A stretch of 64,000 bases of DNA from Paraphysomonas bandaiensis (lineage: Eukaryota > Protista > Chrysophyceae): NCBI GenBank assembly GCA_965644295.1, contig CBFFRP010000244.1:35381-99380 (forward strand), written 5' to 3'. The notes under the pieces are model-generated. The model saw only the letters and a program-made list of their open reading frames with translations, was not told where the DNA came from and made no database searches. Both the position numbers and the translations under genes were made by a program. The number at the start of each line of letters is the position of its first letter. Positions within the stretch are counted from its first letter, which is position 1. Below, piece by piece: positions 1 to 12,414 of this stretch.

Positions 1-400
1 CCCTTGTGAATGAGGATCAAGAACAAAAAAGTGTGGGACAGGGTGGGACTTGGGGAGGTGCAGTGGAGGAGAGGAACGACCAGTTACAGAGAGATGCCAC
101 CCTTAAGGCTGAGGTATGTTGTCGACATATTGTTTTCAACGTGTGAGTAACACGTCGTGTCGATATTAGTCTGAAAAGCTGAATGAGTTGCGAGCTAAGG
201 CCGAAGCCCAAAGAGTAGATGCCTTGAAAGAAGCGATGCAGCGTCAGAATTCTGCTACGTCGAAGGAGATAGATGATAGAAACCTGCAACTTGAGCGACT
301 AAGAAATGAGGAAAGAGCTAGAAGAGAAAGTATGGAACCCACTGTGGAGCTGAACGATGCACACTCGGCTCTCTTTGATCATGAGTCATTTGGCTTATAA
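1..400 (+). CDS. 3' end of a coiled-coil protein gene (5' part lies outside the window)
   Basis: Open frame from the window edge, a GT-AG intron at 114-169, then in frame into ...SEKLNELRAKAEAQRVDALKEAMQ...HESFGL* ending at 400. Confidence 0.65.
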
Positions 401-791
401 TAAGCGCGCACTTGGAGATGTGGATTGCTTTCTCTACATGGTAGACAATTTTATCATCTGTGTTTTATATTTCTTGCCTCTCAAATAGTATGTATTATGA
501 ACCACTTTCGCCGCTCTTGTTGTTACGCGAATCGTAGATCTTGTGCAGCGGTCACGTTAAGTGAAGTTGTGCACACTTTAGTCGTTGTTATTAATAATGC
601 CTGAATTATTGTATATCAATTAAGATGGTGTAGATTCCTTAGTGGGATTTTTTCCTAATAAATGTTGCTTCGGAATGTAGTTTGAAAATTTACTGTTTAG
701 CTAATACTGATAGTTATTACACTCTTTCATATTCCATGTTTTGTCATCATAGTATATTTGGATTTGTTGTATACAACTTTTTGGGGTGTAG

Positions 792-1104
792 TGTTGGAAT
801 ACGTATGTTTCTCTGAGACAGTAGTGTAGAATACGTTAAATACTAAATACAATGTGGAAAACAGCAAGACGTAGTCAAAGATACTATATAGCTATAACTG
901 TGAAACAAAAGTATTGTAACATGACGATTCAAGATACGGAAGTTGAGCAGTGGTTAACACGAACGAAATATATTATGAAGTTGTTGACATGTTTTACATG
1001 ACAACACACAATTATGTGTGCAATATAGTAAAAGAGGCTATCTAGTTTGATTACAATAAACTTCTCTTAACGATCTTAATTGTGGAAATGACCAATAGTC
1101 AATA
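792..1104 (+). mobile_element. Solo LTR of the Copia-2 family
   Basis: Colinear, diverged match to the LTR at 53451-53771 (TGTTGGAATACG...TAGTCAATA). Flanks TGTAG/TGAAG match at 4 of 5 positions (TSD). Confidence 0.85.
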
Positions 1105-1146
1105 TGAAGGGTACAGGGTACAGTACGGGAAGTGTGACCTTGACAG

Positions 1147-1416
1147 TGTCAAGTTATGACACAATTGGATGATTTACTAAGTTAACTGGACGTTTATTTA
1201 CTCTTGAATCAAGTTAAGATAAGAGAAGATTATAATAAATATAATAAGCAATATATCATGTTATCTCTACTACCACTCATTTCTAGTACGATCTTACATC
1301 GTCATGATATCACTTCTCATAATACAGCTCATCACTACTGTATTCTTCGACTAACGGTCATAATTCCAACACCTTAGAATTACAGCTTTTAATTGCTCAA
1401 ACAGCAAAACTCAACA
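1147..1416 (-). mobile_element. Solo LTR, family B
   Basis: TGT...ACA termini with a perfect 5-bp TSD GACAG (1142-1146, 1417-1421). The reverse complement matches 9109-9413 and 9561-9770. Confidence 0.85.
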
Positions 1417-1609
1417 GACAGAAATCAAAAGTTGTAATAGGTAACTAAATGAAAAGTTAGTACATTCTTTAACTTAAAACCACGATGCCGTAAAAAACTG
1501 GAAGCAACAAAAGAAACATGCAAAATTGATACACTGTCCCTACTCTATACAAATGCATATATAACAACGCCCCACGTATCAGAGCTGCAAACAAATCGTA
1601 CACTGAGAA

Positions 1610-2845
1610 CTATTGGTTAGTACTTGGAAGGGTAGAACAGCGCAGGTCAGATACACTTGTTCCATATCTGATATAAGTAATAATTTGTTCAATAACCCCG
1701 GAAAGTGTATAATGCGATGATACAAAAGACAGCATGAGTTTCCGTCTCTCTGTTACCTCTTTAGGCGATAGCGCGAACTTCAATCTCTCCAACTCGGAAG
1801 CAAGATCCGATACGTTAACTGAAAAGCCGAAAGAAGTGAGGTGAGCGTGTGTCCCAGCATAGGGAAGCCATTCTATGTCGTCGTATATATATAATGGCAG
1901 CACACCCATTTGTATTGACTCATACAGACGGAAACTGCTGCGACCGTACCCGCGAGGACAGAGAGCGATAGACGAGTTGGCTAATACCTCTAACCATTTC
2001 ACCGTTTTACCACAACACTTAATAGAGGGATCATCTATACCCAGTACAGCCCGCCGGAAAAGTCGTCGCGATGTTCCAAATTTTGTCTGCCCCATAAAAC
2101 TGCTCGAGTAAGTACACTGTCTCTCACCTATACCCCCGCATAAGTGAGACAAAACAGGGGGTCTGTAGCTGAGGAGGGGAATAGGCACATGACCATAACC
2201 TCCAGCAGAGAAAGTGAATATGTTCCACAATTTTAAGTGTGAAGGGAAAATACCCGTGTCGTGCTGGGAAACAGTCACGTACAGAACATCTTTCCTCAAA
2301 TAGAGCTCAAATAATCTCCATAACTTAGTAGAGAAATTATTGCGCATCTCTAGGCGGCAATCTGTCCACTGGATTAACAGAGGCACAACTCCGCCAGGAA
2401 ATAAGTGCCGTATGTCGTTAGTGAGATTCAAAGCGTTCATAATCTCATCAATCCACAAATTTTCTATCCAAGGGCCACTATATCCACCATAACTATGAAC
2501 TGTGCAGTTGCGGAAGGGAGCCGTCTTCCTCATGATCGCCGCGAAGTGCTCTTGCATCTGCGGAGCTACTAGTTTACTCTGTCTGAACTTGCGGTGACCA
2601 TGAGGGGTGCTGATGCAGTTATCCACCTCTGCATTCCAGTCTACACGAGTGGGCTGACCTGAGAAGATCGGGTCAAAGTGCACTGTTCTGTTCTCAGGCT
2701 GTACAGTGAGATTATAAGACACGCGCTTGACGTGTCTCCTGAACTTAACGTGATGGCCCACTACACCCGACCTCTCCTTACCAAACCGAACACCCACACT
2801 ACGATCAGACAAAGCAGCCGCCAGCAGCAGGAAAAACAGATACAT
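1610..2845 (-). CDS. Exostosin/GT47-family glycosyltransferase (intronless)
   Basis: 411 aa with a hydrophobic N-terminus and the C-terminal motif ALCPRGYGRSSFRLYESIQMGVLPLYIYDDIEWLPY typical of GT47. Confidence 0.85.
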   Translation of the reverse strand: MYLFFLLLAAALSDRSVGVRFGKERSGVVGHHVKFRRHVKRVSYNLTVQPENRTVHFDPIFSGQPTRVDWNAEVDNCISTPHGHRKFRQSKLVAPQMQEHFAAIMRKTAPFRNCTVHSYGGYSGPWIENLWIDEIMNALNLTNDIRHLFPGGVVPLLIQWTDCRLEMRNNFSTKLWRLFELYLRKDVLYVTVSQHDTGIFPSHLKLWNIFTFSAGGYGHVPIPLLSYRPPVLSHLCGGIGERQCTYSSSFMGQTKFGTSRRLFRRAVLGIDDPSIKCCGKTVKWLEVLANSSIALCPRGYGRSSFRLYESIQMGVLPLYIYDDIEWLPYAGTHAHLTSFGFSVNVSDLASELERLKFALSPKEVTERRKLMLSFVSSHYTLSGVIEQIITYIRYGTSVSDLRCSTLPSTNQ

Positions 2846-2938
2846 GCTATGGAAAGATAACTCTATCCCCTCTGCTGCCCACGACTGCTCACATGGAGGT
2901 CTACTATATATGAGTGTGCATACATCAAGTCTGCTGTC

Positions 2939-3102
2939 GTATGTAGGTATGTAGGTATGTATGTATGTAGGTAGGTAGGTAGGTAGGTATGTATGTATGT
3001 ATGTATGTATGTATGTATGTATGTATGTATGTATGTATGTATGTATGTATGTAGGTAGGTAGGTAGGTAGGTAGCTAGGTATGTAGGTATGTAGGTATGT
3101 AT
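2939..3102. repeat. Compound tetranucleotide microsatellite (GTAT)n/(GTAG)n
   Basis: About 160 bp of GTAT/GTAG units between the divergent GT47 and SLC35 starts. Confidence 0.97.
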
Positions 3103-3323
3103 CTGTATCTTTGGTCGTGTTGTATACAGAGTAGGTGTAGTCCTATAGGGTATACACGATATACTCTGTAGAGTCTGTTCATCTCGTCTGGAAGTAACGC
3201 ACCGGAAGCAAGTCTCGTTGTCAAGGCTTCAAAGGATCTACCCATCGCAGCTGCTGTCCAGTGGGTGTGTTATTGGTCCTCTGTAAGTGCGTCATTCCAC
3301 TGGACATCTCTCTATATAGTCCT

Positions 3324-4428
3324 ATGGAGGAAAGGAGGAATCATAGAATCATACGCATCGCTGTTCTTGTGGTCATAAGCCTGCAATCTGCCTGGTAAGT
3401 AATTAGACAAATGTGCGACTGTCTGACTCGTTGTCATCAGTCACAGCATATCGACGAATTACTCGAGAGGCATCAAGAGAGAGACGTACTCTCCCTTAGA
3501 GGTCATTGCGGTGGCAGAGATCATGAAATTAATCGTGTCCGGAACCTTAACAGTTGTCGAAATGAAGGATACGAATCGATTTTTGACCAAACTTTATAAA
3601 TTAATGAGGTTAATATTGAGCGGGAGACGTGTCGCTGTGTTAGTGATAATGTATAGCATTTCTAACGTACTACCTTTCTTCGCCATACCTATCATTGGAG
3701 CCCCCATATATTCCGTCGTCACCCAAATGAAAATATTTTTGACTGCTGTGTTTGCCACAGTCCTGCTTGGGCGGTCGTATTCTGCAGCCAAGTGGCGGGC
3801 GCTGGCACTTTTGGTGGTGGGATGTGTGCTTGTGTCCTCTCCGATGTTTGCACCAGGATGCGAGGAGACAACTAATATTAAAGGTGATAAAGGTGGACAG
3901 GAAGATAAAAGCGTGAGCCCTGTCATGGCAGTCCTAGGACTGGCTGCTACCCTATTGCAGGCCTGTATCAGTGCACTCTCCTCCGTGTATTTCGAGGGCT
4001 TACTCAAAGATAAAGATGCCGAGCTGTCCATATGGGAGAGAAATTTTCAGTTAGCTTTCTACAGCATTGTCGTTGTGTTGCTGTCCATGTCTGCGCAGCA
4101 TGTATCGGCGGCATTTCGAGGCAGAGCGCAATTGCACTCATTGAGTCTAACGTTTCCTGGTCTCTTCGAGGGATGGACCTGGCTTGCCTTACTGAATGCT
4201 ACACTACTTGGCTTGGGTGGAATGCTGGTAGCGGCAACGCTGAAGTATGCTGACGCCATACTGAAGTGCTTTGCAACCGCGGTCTCAATTATTATGATCT
4301 CTGTGGCTGGACACTTTATTCTTGATAGTCGGATAGATGTGTATGTAGGAATTGGGATGATAGTTACAGTAATATCTATATTTAACTACGCGCTAGACTA
4401 TGATCCCAGCGTGCTTCAGTCAAAGTAG
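3324..4428 (+). CDS. Nucleotide-sugar transporter, SLC35A (UDP-Gal/CMP-sialic acid transporter) family
   Basis: ATG at 3324, intron 3395-3440 (GTAAGT...CAG) joining in frame. Motifs VAEIMKL, QMKIFLTAVF, SVYFEGLLK, SIWERNFQL, LKYADAILKCFA. Multiple TM segments. Confidence 0.9.
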
Positions 4429-4618
4429 TTTACGTGGAGTTTATAGTTTATTCTCAATATATTGCAAGTTGATTTTGAAGAGAGGTGTGTATATATGTGT
4501 ATATAGTTCTATGTTGTAATCTAAGTAACGTACTTATTACTTTCTGAGTGCTGTTTACGTGCTAGAGAAAGTTCCGAAAATATCACTCTCTATGTGTGGT
4601 GTGTATCTCACTTGAAAA

Positions 4619-4970
4619 TGTTAGCTTTGGACATTTCACTGAAGTTAACTTTGCTCTACGCGTAAACCGTAACCTTGCTGTTGAACACAATGCACTTTCA
4701 AGTAAGAAATTATGATTATTATTCTGAACACTTCACTACATATTCGTGTAACATATGTTGAAACATCTGTTCTTATAGCAACATCTGTTTATCATATGTT
4801 CATCAGTCAGTTCTATATCTTGTATAGTCACACATCAGTAACTGAATTTAATTCCTTTGTAACTACTATAATCACCCGTTACACCTATGAGTTGACTTTA
4901 CCTATAATTGCACACTGTTAACTCACTTCAATTGCACAATATATATCACATCATATTGCAGAACTCAACA
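4619..4970 (-). repeat. Copia-1 3' LTR
   Basis: Identical by eye to 8449-8800 at a constant offset of 3830. Confidence 0.97.
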
Positions 4971-5114
4971 CTCCCACTCAATTGGGTGTAGTTAACCATT
5001 CTAAAATTTGTGAAGAACATTGCTATCGGATACGCAACCACCGAACCTCATAGGACACTGGTGGACGTATGACTCCGCTGGTATAGCTAGCTCCCACCAT
5101 TCAGTAACACCTAA

Positions 5115-6056
5115 CTAGGTACGACGAGCTCTCTTTACCTTGGGTACCTCTGCGATAATTTGTTCAGTAGTCTTAAATTTTTCCCCAAGATTTCGCTCCC
5201 TCTGTTCAATGAATATTGGACCTCTCAAAGCCTTGGTATATATATCAGCCATCTGTTGTCGACTGCTCACATGAATTAATTTCGCTGTATTAAACTGTTC
5301 GGGATCCACATGCTCTCTAATCATATGATACTTAATCTCAATATGTTTCGATCGTTGATGTTGCACTGGATTTTCCGATATATCCTGAGCACTTTGACTA
5401 TCCAGGAATAATGGTGTGGGCTCGTCAATTTTCAATCCTACTTCACCAGTCACCCCCCGAGACCATATCATTTCCTGTAATCCATTATATAAGCATTGAT
5501 ACTCTGCTTGCATAGTCGATGTAGCTACAGTAGACTGAAGTTTGGAACCCCACGATAGTGGTCCACCAGCTCCAAACATAACATAACCTGAAGTTGATCT
5601 CCTCGTCAACGGATCGCCTGCCCAGTCAGCATCAGTGAACATATGAAGATCAAAATCTCTCCCTCTATAATGAATGCCTTTATCTGTAGTACCTCGTACA
5701 TACTGCATTAAATACATCAGGAGCTTACATACAGTGATATTAACTTTCGTTGAGAATCGTGACAATACTCCCACTGCATATGAGATATCCGGCCTTGTAT
5801 TCATAGATAAATAGAGTAACGCTCCTAGGAGTGGACGATAGGGAAAATTATCAACTAACTTCTGCTCCTCAGCTGAATGCACATGTTCCACTCCCACTTT
5901 GACATCACTAGGTAGTGGGTATAGCCGCGTCTTGTCCCTTGCACCCAGAAAATCCACATACTTCACCAATATCTTTTTGATGAACACTGTCTGGTCAAGT
6001 TTGAGACAATTCGGAGTTCTCGTCACTCTCACGTTCAAAAAACTGGCCACTCTCAT
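5115..6056 (-). CDS. Copia RT C-terminus plus RNase H (intact segment of pol)
   Basis: Motifs YRPLLGALLYL..TRPDISYAV, FTDADWAGD..TRRSTSG, STMQAEY, RSKHIEIKYH, QMADIYTKAL. Confidence 0.9.
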   Translation of the reverse strand: MRVASFLNVRVTRTPNCLKLDQTVFIKKILVKYVDFLGARDKTRLYPLPSDVKVGVEHVHSAEEQKLVDNFPYRPLLGALLYLSMNTRPDISYAVGVLSRFSTKVNITVCKLLMYLMQYVRGTTDKGIHYRGRDFDLHMFTDADWAGDPLTRRSTSGYVMFGAGGPLSWGSKLQSTVATSTMQAEYQCLYNGLQEMIWSRGVTGEVGLKIDEPTPLFLDSQSAQDISENPVQHQRSKHIEIKYHMIREHVDPEQFNTAKLIHVSSRQQMADIYTKALRGPIFIEQRERNLGEKFKTTEQIIAEVPKVKRARRT

Positions 6057-8448
6057 TCATATCTGTAATATCAAACCTTTCACATACTCGTCGCTTAATT
6101 TCCAAAATAATATTCGTATCTCGACATGCTCTCAGCATATTATCATCATGACTGTGGTGAGCTTCGAAGACCATATAAACTTTTCTTCAGTTTAAAGCAA
6201 TATCCTGGTGGCAATTTGAAATCTGCTGGTGTTGCATACTTATACACACATCTCCTTTTATATCTGCATATACAAGAATGCATTAGATACGTCGAGTTGA
6301 TGCACCACCATATTCATAACAAACGCGATAGCTAATAGCAATCTTACTGTTACCGCTTTTACCACTGGAGTATAATTGTTGGCTCTACCAACCTCATGGC
6401 CTCCGCATCCAAGTACCACAAGTCTTGCTTTCTATCGTGGAATCGCACCCTCCTTGTTGCGTTTCAAAGCAAAGACATACTCAGGATTCCAATTGCAGTG
6501 ACACTGGGGTAGGGATGATGGGCTTAACTTCCATTACTTCCCTTCGTTCCAGTCTGTCACGCTCAGCCTGTCTTGCTGTCAATGGAGTGACACTGGGGTA
6601 GGTATGGGCTTAACTTCCATTACTTCCCTTCGTTCCAGTTCGTCACATTCAGCCTGGCTGAACTCCATTGCTTCCGTTCCGGCAACTCCAAGGATTCGGA
6701 ATATGTCTGAGGCACCTTAGGTCCCGCTGACGAGCACCAGATGGAATCTGCCTCCTCTAGTAGGCTGCACTCCACTTCGTCACACGAAGGTAATACGTGC
6801 TTCTCCCCTACTACTGACACATTCGTCACCACCCTTGGAGCCCTTGTGCGCCTGCCCCTAGTTGAGCGATCTGATGGAGCTTCCTCTCCCGGAGCACTTA
6901 CGAAGTCAGAAGGGGATGGAACCGTCCCAGTCAACTGCTGTAATAAATGTCCGCTGGTCCCGTCGTCACGAGATCCAGAACTAGCAGATACTCTTGTCAC
7001 AAGGTCTTCACTCATCCGCGATGATGTGAATAGGAGTCTTAACTTCCAGTTGCTCCTCACCACCTGACATCAGGGATCTATATCCCACAGTTAGACCTCT
7101 TTCCGAATCTATATTCGCGTGGTCTTGTTGTACAGTTGGCCGCCATCTTCACATGGGTTTTGTCGATAACACTCCTCCCTGAGGAACCACTGCCACCGTG
7201 GCTTAGTCCATTTCTCGGTAGTAATCAGCCGATCTCTAGGGCACTGATACATCAAACAGGACATGAACAGACGTGACTATTGTATCTCCTACTATCAACA
7301 CTTGATACCCCATCTGCTCGTTGGGAAACACACAAAATATCCTGTTTGTGCCTTTTCCTCCCAGACTTTCCGTCTATCGGCCTTCGGGACTAATACATAC
7401 GCCTTGCACCCCCATTTCCTCTCAACCAGGATAACTCGGGCACCTTTCCTCCCAGGAACACACTCATAAGGCAACATCCACTAACTTTACTGTCCTCCTT
7501 GGCATTTTCCTCCATTACATGATGGCATGATGACGTAATAATAGGCTAATTCAAAACGTCATAATATTATATAGTGCCTCCCATGGCATTCCTCCATGCT
7601 CATCATAGTCTCCAGCCAGCACCTCTCTACCAGTGTTTAACTCTACAATTCTCGGTACTCTAAGTAGTTCCAATCCACACACCAGTGCCCGCAGCATTCC
7701 GCCTGAGACAATATTCTTCACCGCATCTTCACATACTTTGATGCCTTCTCTTTTGCCAGTGTTGAAAGCTTCCTACTCCTTGAGTCTCCATTGCTGACCC
7801 CTTCTTCGTCAGAGATATGACTCCTGGCTCTGCTTCATATTTCTCTAGCACTCTATGATCTTTAACAACAATGAATAGCTGCTTTCCGGCACAACTGCCT
7901 AGATACACTCGTTGGTCTACTGTTTCAGTCATAAGCACTTCACCATCTATCATATTGGACTCCCCTCCAGATGAGACATCATCATCTTCATATTAGCACC
8001 ATTCCGCCGATGAACTCTGTCTCTGTCTCTGTTCATGTGTATGTTCAGCACTCCTGCTCGTTAACTATGAACAGCTGCACTGCTCTGCTGCTCTGCTCAG
8101 TGTACAAGGCAGTTTTAGTAGAAAATACATTTCAGCCTATCAATCTCTATTTCGACCATATCATTGGCCAATATTTACAAGCTGGTATTTCGCTGTAGTC
8201 TTTTGGAGTACTACTCCCAACTCACTCCTAGACCTATCCACCAGCGTTTGAAGCATATGATTGGACAAAACCTCCTTATTCGGATCATCGTCTGGTAGTC
8301 GCCTCCATGTATCGGCTGGCACCCTCCAATACATCTGCGTCATGTTCACATGCCTCCCAAATCGTTACAACACACGTGTCGTTTCACTTGTCAAACTTCA
8401 GCACCTTGCTGTCCTCCTCCGCCTCATCAGAACTACCATCCGCTACCA
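6057..8448 (-). pseudogene. Frameshifted and deleted Copia gag-PR-IN-RT remnants
   Basis: Short fragments only: VYLGSCAGKQLF (protease site region), WGCKAYVLVPKADRRKVWEEKAQTGYFV (post-integrase), VPQTYSESLE (RT start). Imperfect internal duplication at about 6497-6570/6587-6657. Confidence 0.85.
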
Positions 8449-8800
8449 TGTTAGCTTTGGACATTTCACTGAAGTTAACTTTGCTCTACGCGTAAACCGT
8501 AACCTTGCTGTTGAACACAATGCACTTTCAAGTAAGAAATTATGATTATTATTCTGAACACTTCACTACATATTCGTGTAACATATGTTGAAACATCTGT
8601 TCTTATAGCAACATCTGTTTATCATATGTTCATCAGTCAGTTCTATATCTTGTATAGTCACACATCAGTAACTGAATTTAATTCCTTTGTAACTACTATA
8701 ATCACCCGTTACACCTATGAGTTGACTTTACCTATAATTGCACACTGTTAACTCACTTCAATTGCACAATATATATCACATCATATTGCAGAACTCAACA
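8449..8800 (-). repeat. Copia-1 5' LTR
   Basis: Followed on the minus strand by the PBS and a gag-like start (MSKANMVADGSSDEAEEDSKVLKFD). Confidence 0.97.
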
Positions 8801-9108
8801 GAAAACAAATATATATATTTCAAATAAAGTAAAATCTTGTGGACAATAAATTTGATAATGAAATGAATAATGATTCTGACTCGGATTCTTTTACAATGTC
8901 AGAATATAGTATTAATGTTGTTTATTGTTTTCCAAATGATATTAATGCTTTGAAAGAATTGGCAAAACGTTTGAGTTCTACTGAGTTTAATGATACAATA
9001 GTAATAAAAAAATCTATACGTTTTGACCAGCTGTGAAGAATTTTATCATAGGAAAAGAAGATTATGAAACCTAACAATAATAATTATGATAAGTAACTTC
9101 TAATTATG

Positions 9109-9770
9109 TGTTGAGTTTTGCTGTTTAAGCAATTAAAAGCTGTAATTCTAGGATATTGGAAGTATGACGGTTACTGGAGAATACAGTAGTGGTTAACTGC
9201 ATTATGAGAAATAATGAGAACTGAATATATATTGACCATACGAGAAGATAGTGACGATATATGATCGATCGTACTAGAAATGAGTGGTAGTAGAGATAAC
9301 GTGATATATTGTTTATTATATTTATTATAATCTTCTCTTATCTTAACTTGATTAATGAGTGAATACACGTCCAGTTAACTTAGTAAATCATCCAATTGTG
9401 TCATATCTTGACAATCAGTGTCACTTATATTTATATCAATTACAATGCACAGATATAACAACATGCGGCGACCTCACACACAAAACAACATACTCAAATG
9501 ATTGGTTGCGAATCCAAAACGTATCTTGAAAGGATTTGAAGTTCGTTCGATATATCATAGCTGTATTATCAGAAGTAATGAGAACTGAATATATATTGAC
9601 ATACAAGAAGATAGTGACGATATAAGATCGTACTAGAAATGAGTGGTAGTAGAGATAACGTGTTTTTTGTTATTTTATTTATTATAATCTTCCCTCATCT
9701 TAACTTGTTTAATGAGTAAATACACGTCCAGTTAACGTAGTAAATCATCCAATTGTGTCATAACTTGACA
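9109..9770 (+). mobile_element. Two family-B LTR copies (9109-9413 complete, about 9561-9770 truncated)
   Basis: Both match the reverse complement of 1147-1416. Outer flanks TTATG/CTATG match at 4 of 5 positions. Confidence 0.75.
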
Positions 9771-10272
9771 CTATGGCATCAGAAGGTCAGAAGGTAATTA
9801 AATATTTTCAAACTACTAGTCGTGTAAACAGACATTCTAAAATGGCGAAGTGGCTAGTAACTGATTGAATTGATAGACTTCAATGCAATGGTATGATTAC
9901 TAGATATTTGTCACAAGGATCTTCCAGGGTTGACGGAGCCGCTAATTGAATTGTGTGGTCAGTCACGCACCGTGGTAGGTGGTAGTATAGTAGTATACCA
10001 CTGGTACATCTTGTAGCCTTCAAACGGTCGTAAGCTTCATCTAGCTACTGCGAAATAATTAAGCATTAAGTAATAGTTCGACAAGAGCATGTATTCCTTG
10101 TTCCATATAGACGAATTGTAGGTTGTAGGGGGGTATGTTTGCAGTTGGAAAGCTCGTAAATGCAATGTGCCAGTGGGAAACTGTATGTATTATAGGAAAC
10201 ACACAAAGTAAATACCTACTAAAAATCGTATGTATACATCTCACACTACGCTTCCATTCACATTAATATATG

Positions 10273-11818
10273 CTAATCAGTATTAGAACTCATATCATCA
10301 TCTTGCTGTCCTACTGTATCGTTCTTGTCAATGTCGTCGATTCGATTATGTAAATCTACAGACTTGGTGCTGTCATCTGACTCCACAATATTGGGGCCAA
10401 CATGACTTTCCGGTACTACTACGTCGTCGACGGACTTATCTCCAACAGCATCTACATCAAAGAGTATGGGAAGTTGATTTTGTGTACTATTTCTCCTCCG
10501 CCTTTGCGAAGCGATGTCATCGTTTTCTTTAGAGAGCGTCGAAGTAGCAGAATTCAACCAGTTCCCAGTAGCAGTACCAATATCTATTGGCAGCTGAATG
10601 TCCTTAAAAGTTCCTCTTCGAGTAGGTGCATTACTATCCCCAGAATGTGATCTACCACTTGTTCCCTCTTTCTTAGAGAAGAACGAGCCAGATAACAGCG
10701 GCCTAATACCATCGGAGAGACCTCCGGCTGCATGCTTCAAGAGCCCTCGTATAGGTCGAGACTCCTCGTTGATTCGGTCCTCACCCTCTACTGGGGGAGA
10801 TAGTAGGGGGAGGTTGCATCTGCAAGTGGAGTACTTTGGCCCTTCAACTGTCCCACCGCATCGGAAGCACGTCGGCACCATATAAGTGGTAGTGGCGGAG
10901 GTATCCGGCTCTCCGGTGGGGAGGCTCCATACATCTAACAGAGTTCCCCTAGTGGTATTAACAGTGGGAACATCAGGTGGAAGAGAAGGTTTGCTATTCT
11001 CCGAAATTTGTTCATCACACAAATCTCCAGCTTCAGGTGGTACCGGATTCGATACTTCTTCACTTCCGACGTCACTTACCATGAACTGTCTCGCTTTGCT
11101 GGCAGTATTAAGACAATCGTTAGATTTCTGTATGGTTGTTTCAGCTATTAATCTTTCACTCTCACAAGAAATGCCATCAATGTTTCTCTGTAGAACTTGA
11201 CAAAGACTGACTACACAATCTTCTAGTCTCACATTTGACTCCGTCAATCGATTTGTATTCTCCTCCAGATCAGATATTCGCGATCGAAGAGATTTGACCT
11301 CCTTGATCAACAGGCGTTGTTGTTCTGCTGCTTGGGTGACTTTATCATCCAGGCGAGCCTTTCGAGAACGCAGCGAATTTATCTTTTCCGTGGCATCAGT
11401 TTGTAACTATCACACAACATGTAAGCTCATTTGGAAATTAAGCGGAAAGATAGACCTTTTCGGCATAGCTTTCTATACTTTTCCTGGTTTCTCGCTCTTC
11501 TTCCAACAATTTCTCTAATTCTCGAATGTATGCAGACTGTAATAGACATAAAACACGATCATATGATAGTGCGTGCATGACCTGATCGTCCGGCGTGGGT
11601 GTCTCTGGTGCCTCTGTGTCGGAGGGATTCAGGTCACTGACTATCTGTGTAAGAGTTCTTCCTAGCTGCGCGACTGCAGATAGTTCACTCTTATCTATCT
11701 GAGTGGTGTGATCTACCTCCTGTTCACTGGTCAGTGGATCATGCAGTGGGAGGGAGTCAGTTACCTGCAGACTGTTTATAGCCTCCTGAAGAGAACGAGC
11801 AGCCGCTTCCACCTGCAT
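10273..11818 (-). CDS. Unknown coiled-coil protein with a small Cys motif (CFRC..GPKYSTCRC)
   Basis: Two ORFs (11438-11818 and 10273-11310) join in frame through a GT-AG intron at 11455-11407. Confidence 0.75.
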
Positions 11819-11922
11819 ATCAGACGACGGACTGCACTATGAAATCTTGTGTTGAACAATTATACGGCTGGGCTGGTGTTTAATGTATGAGTTTGACGAG
11901 CAAACGGAGTATATATATGCGT

Positions 11923-11963
11923 GCATACAGCAGCATACAGCATACAGCATACAGCATACAGCA
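11923..11963. repeat. Heptamer tandem repeat (CAGCATA)n
   Basis: Seen directly, in the divergent intergenic region. Confidence 0.9.
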
Positions 11964-12081
11964 GTATAGGCGTCTCCTACACACGTGCACCATATCTATG
12001 GAATGTGCTGTGTAGAACTGTATTGTAATGCTGTATGTAGGTATACCATGCCACAGGATTCTATTCTTCCATAGCTGTACG

Positions 12082-12177
12082 GTACGTATAAAACAGTATA
12101 AGACGGTATACGCCGTATAGTCCAACTGTGTACGTATAAAACAGTATAAGACGGTATACGCCGTATAGTCCAACTGT
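12082..12177. repeat. Perfect 48-bp tandem duplication
   Basis: GTACGTATAAAACAGTATAAGACGGTATACGCCGTATAGTCCAACTGT twice (12082, 12130). Confidence 0.95.
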
Positions 12178-12414
12178 GTGGGAGATGAGAATACAACTTA
12201 TACAGCACTGTATACAGCATATAATCGGCAGTTACACGATGTCTGTATGAGAGTGGACACTACGCTGCTGTATAGTCACAGTATAGCCTGCAGATGTAGG
12301 TGTCCAGTGCAGTGGGGGCGACATACACACACATACATACACATCGAGAGATCGGGACCCACTTCAGCACTGAACTTAACGTCCGCATACATCTCATCTT
12401 AACAAATCAAAGAG

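Larger units (their letters stand above)
4619..8800 (-). mobile_element. Ty1/copia LTR retrotransposon (Copia-1), 4182 bp, internally degenerate
   Basis: Identical 352-bp LTRs (4619-4970, 8449-8800; TG...CA) and 5-bp TSD GAAAA. PBS TGGTAGCGGA (8448-8439) abuts the 5' LTR; PPT GAGTGGGAG (4979-4971). IN precedes RT/RNase H. Confidence 0.97.

Noticed and set aside
2939-3102. Interstitial telomeric repeat
   Set aside because: The units are GTAT/GTAG tetramers, not TTAGGG or TTTAGGG.
1610-4428. Dedicated glycan-biosynthesis cluster (GT47 plus nucleotide-sugar transporter)
   Set aside because: Only two genes, and head-to-head pairing is the norm in this window. A functional link is possible but unsupported.
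4712-4921. Duplicated 69-aa ORF (also 8542-8751)
   Set aside because: It exists twice only because it lies in the Copia-1 LTRs. AT-rich, with no protein-like signal.
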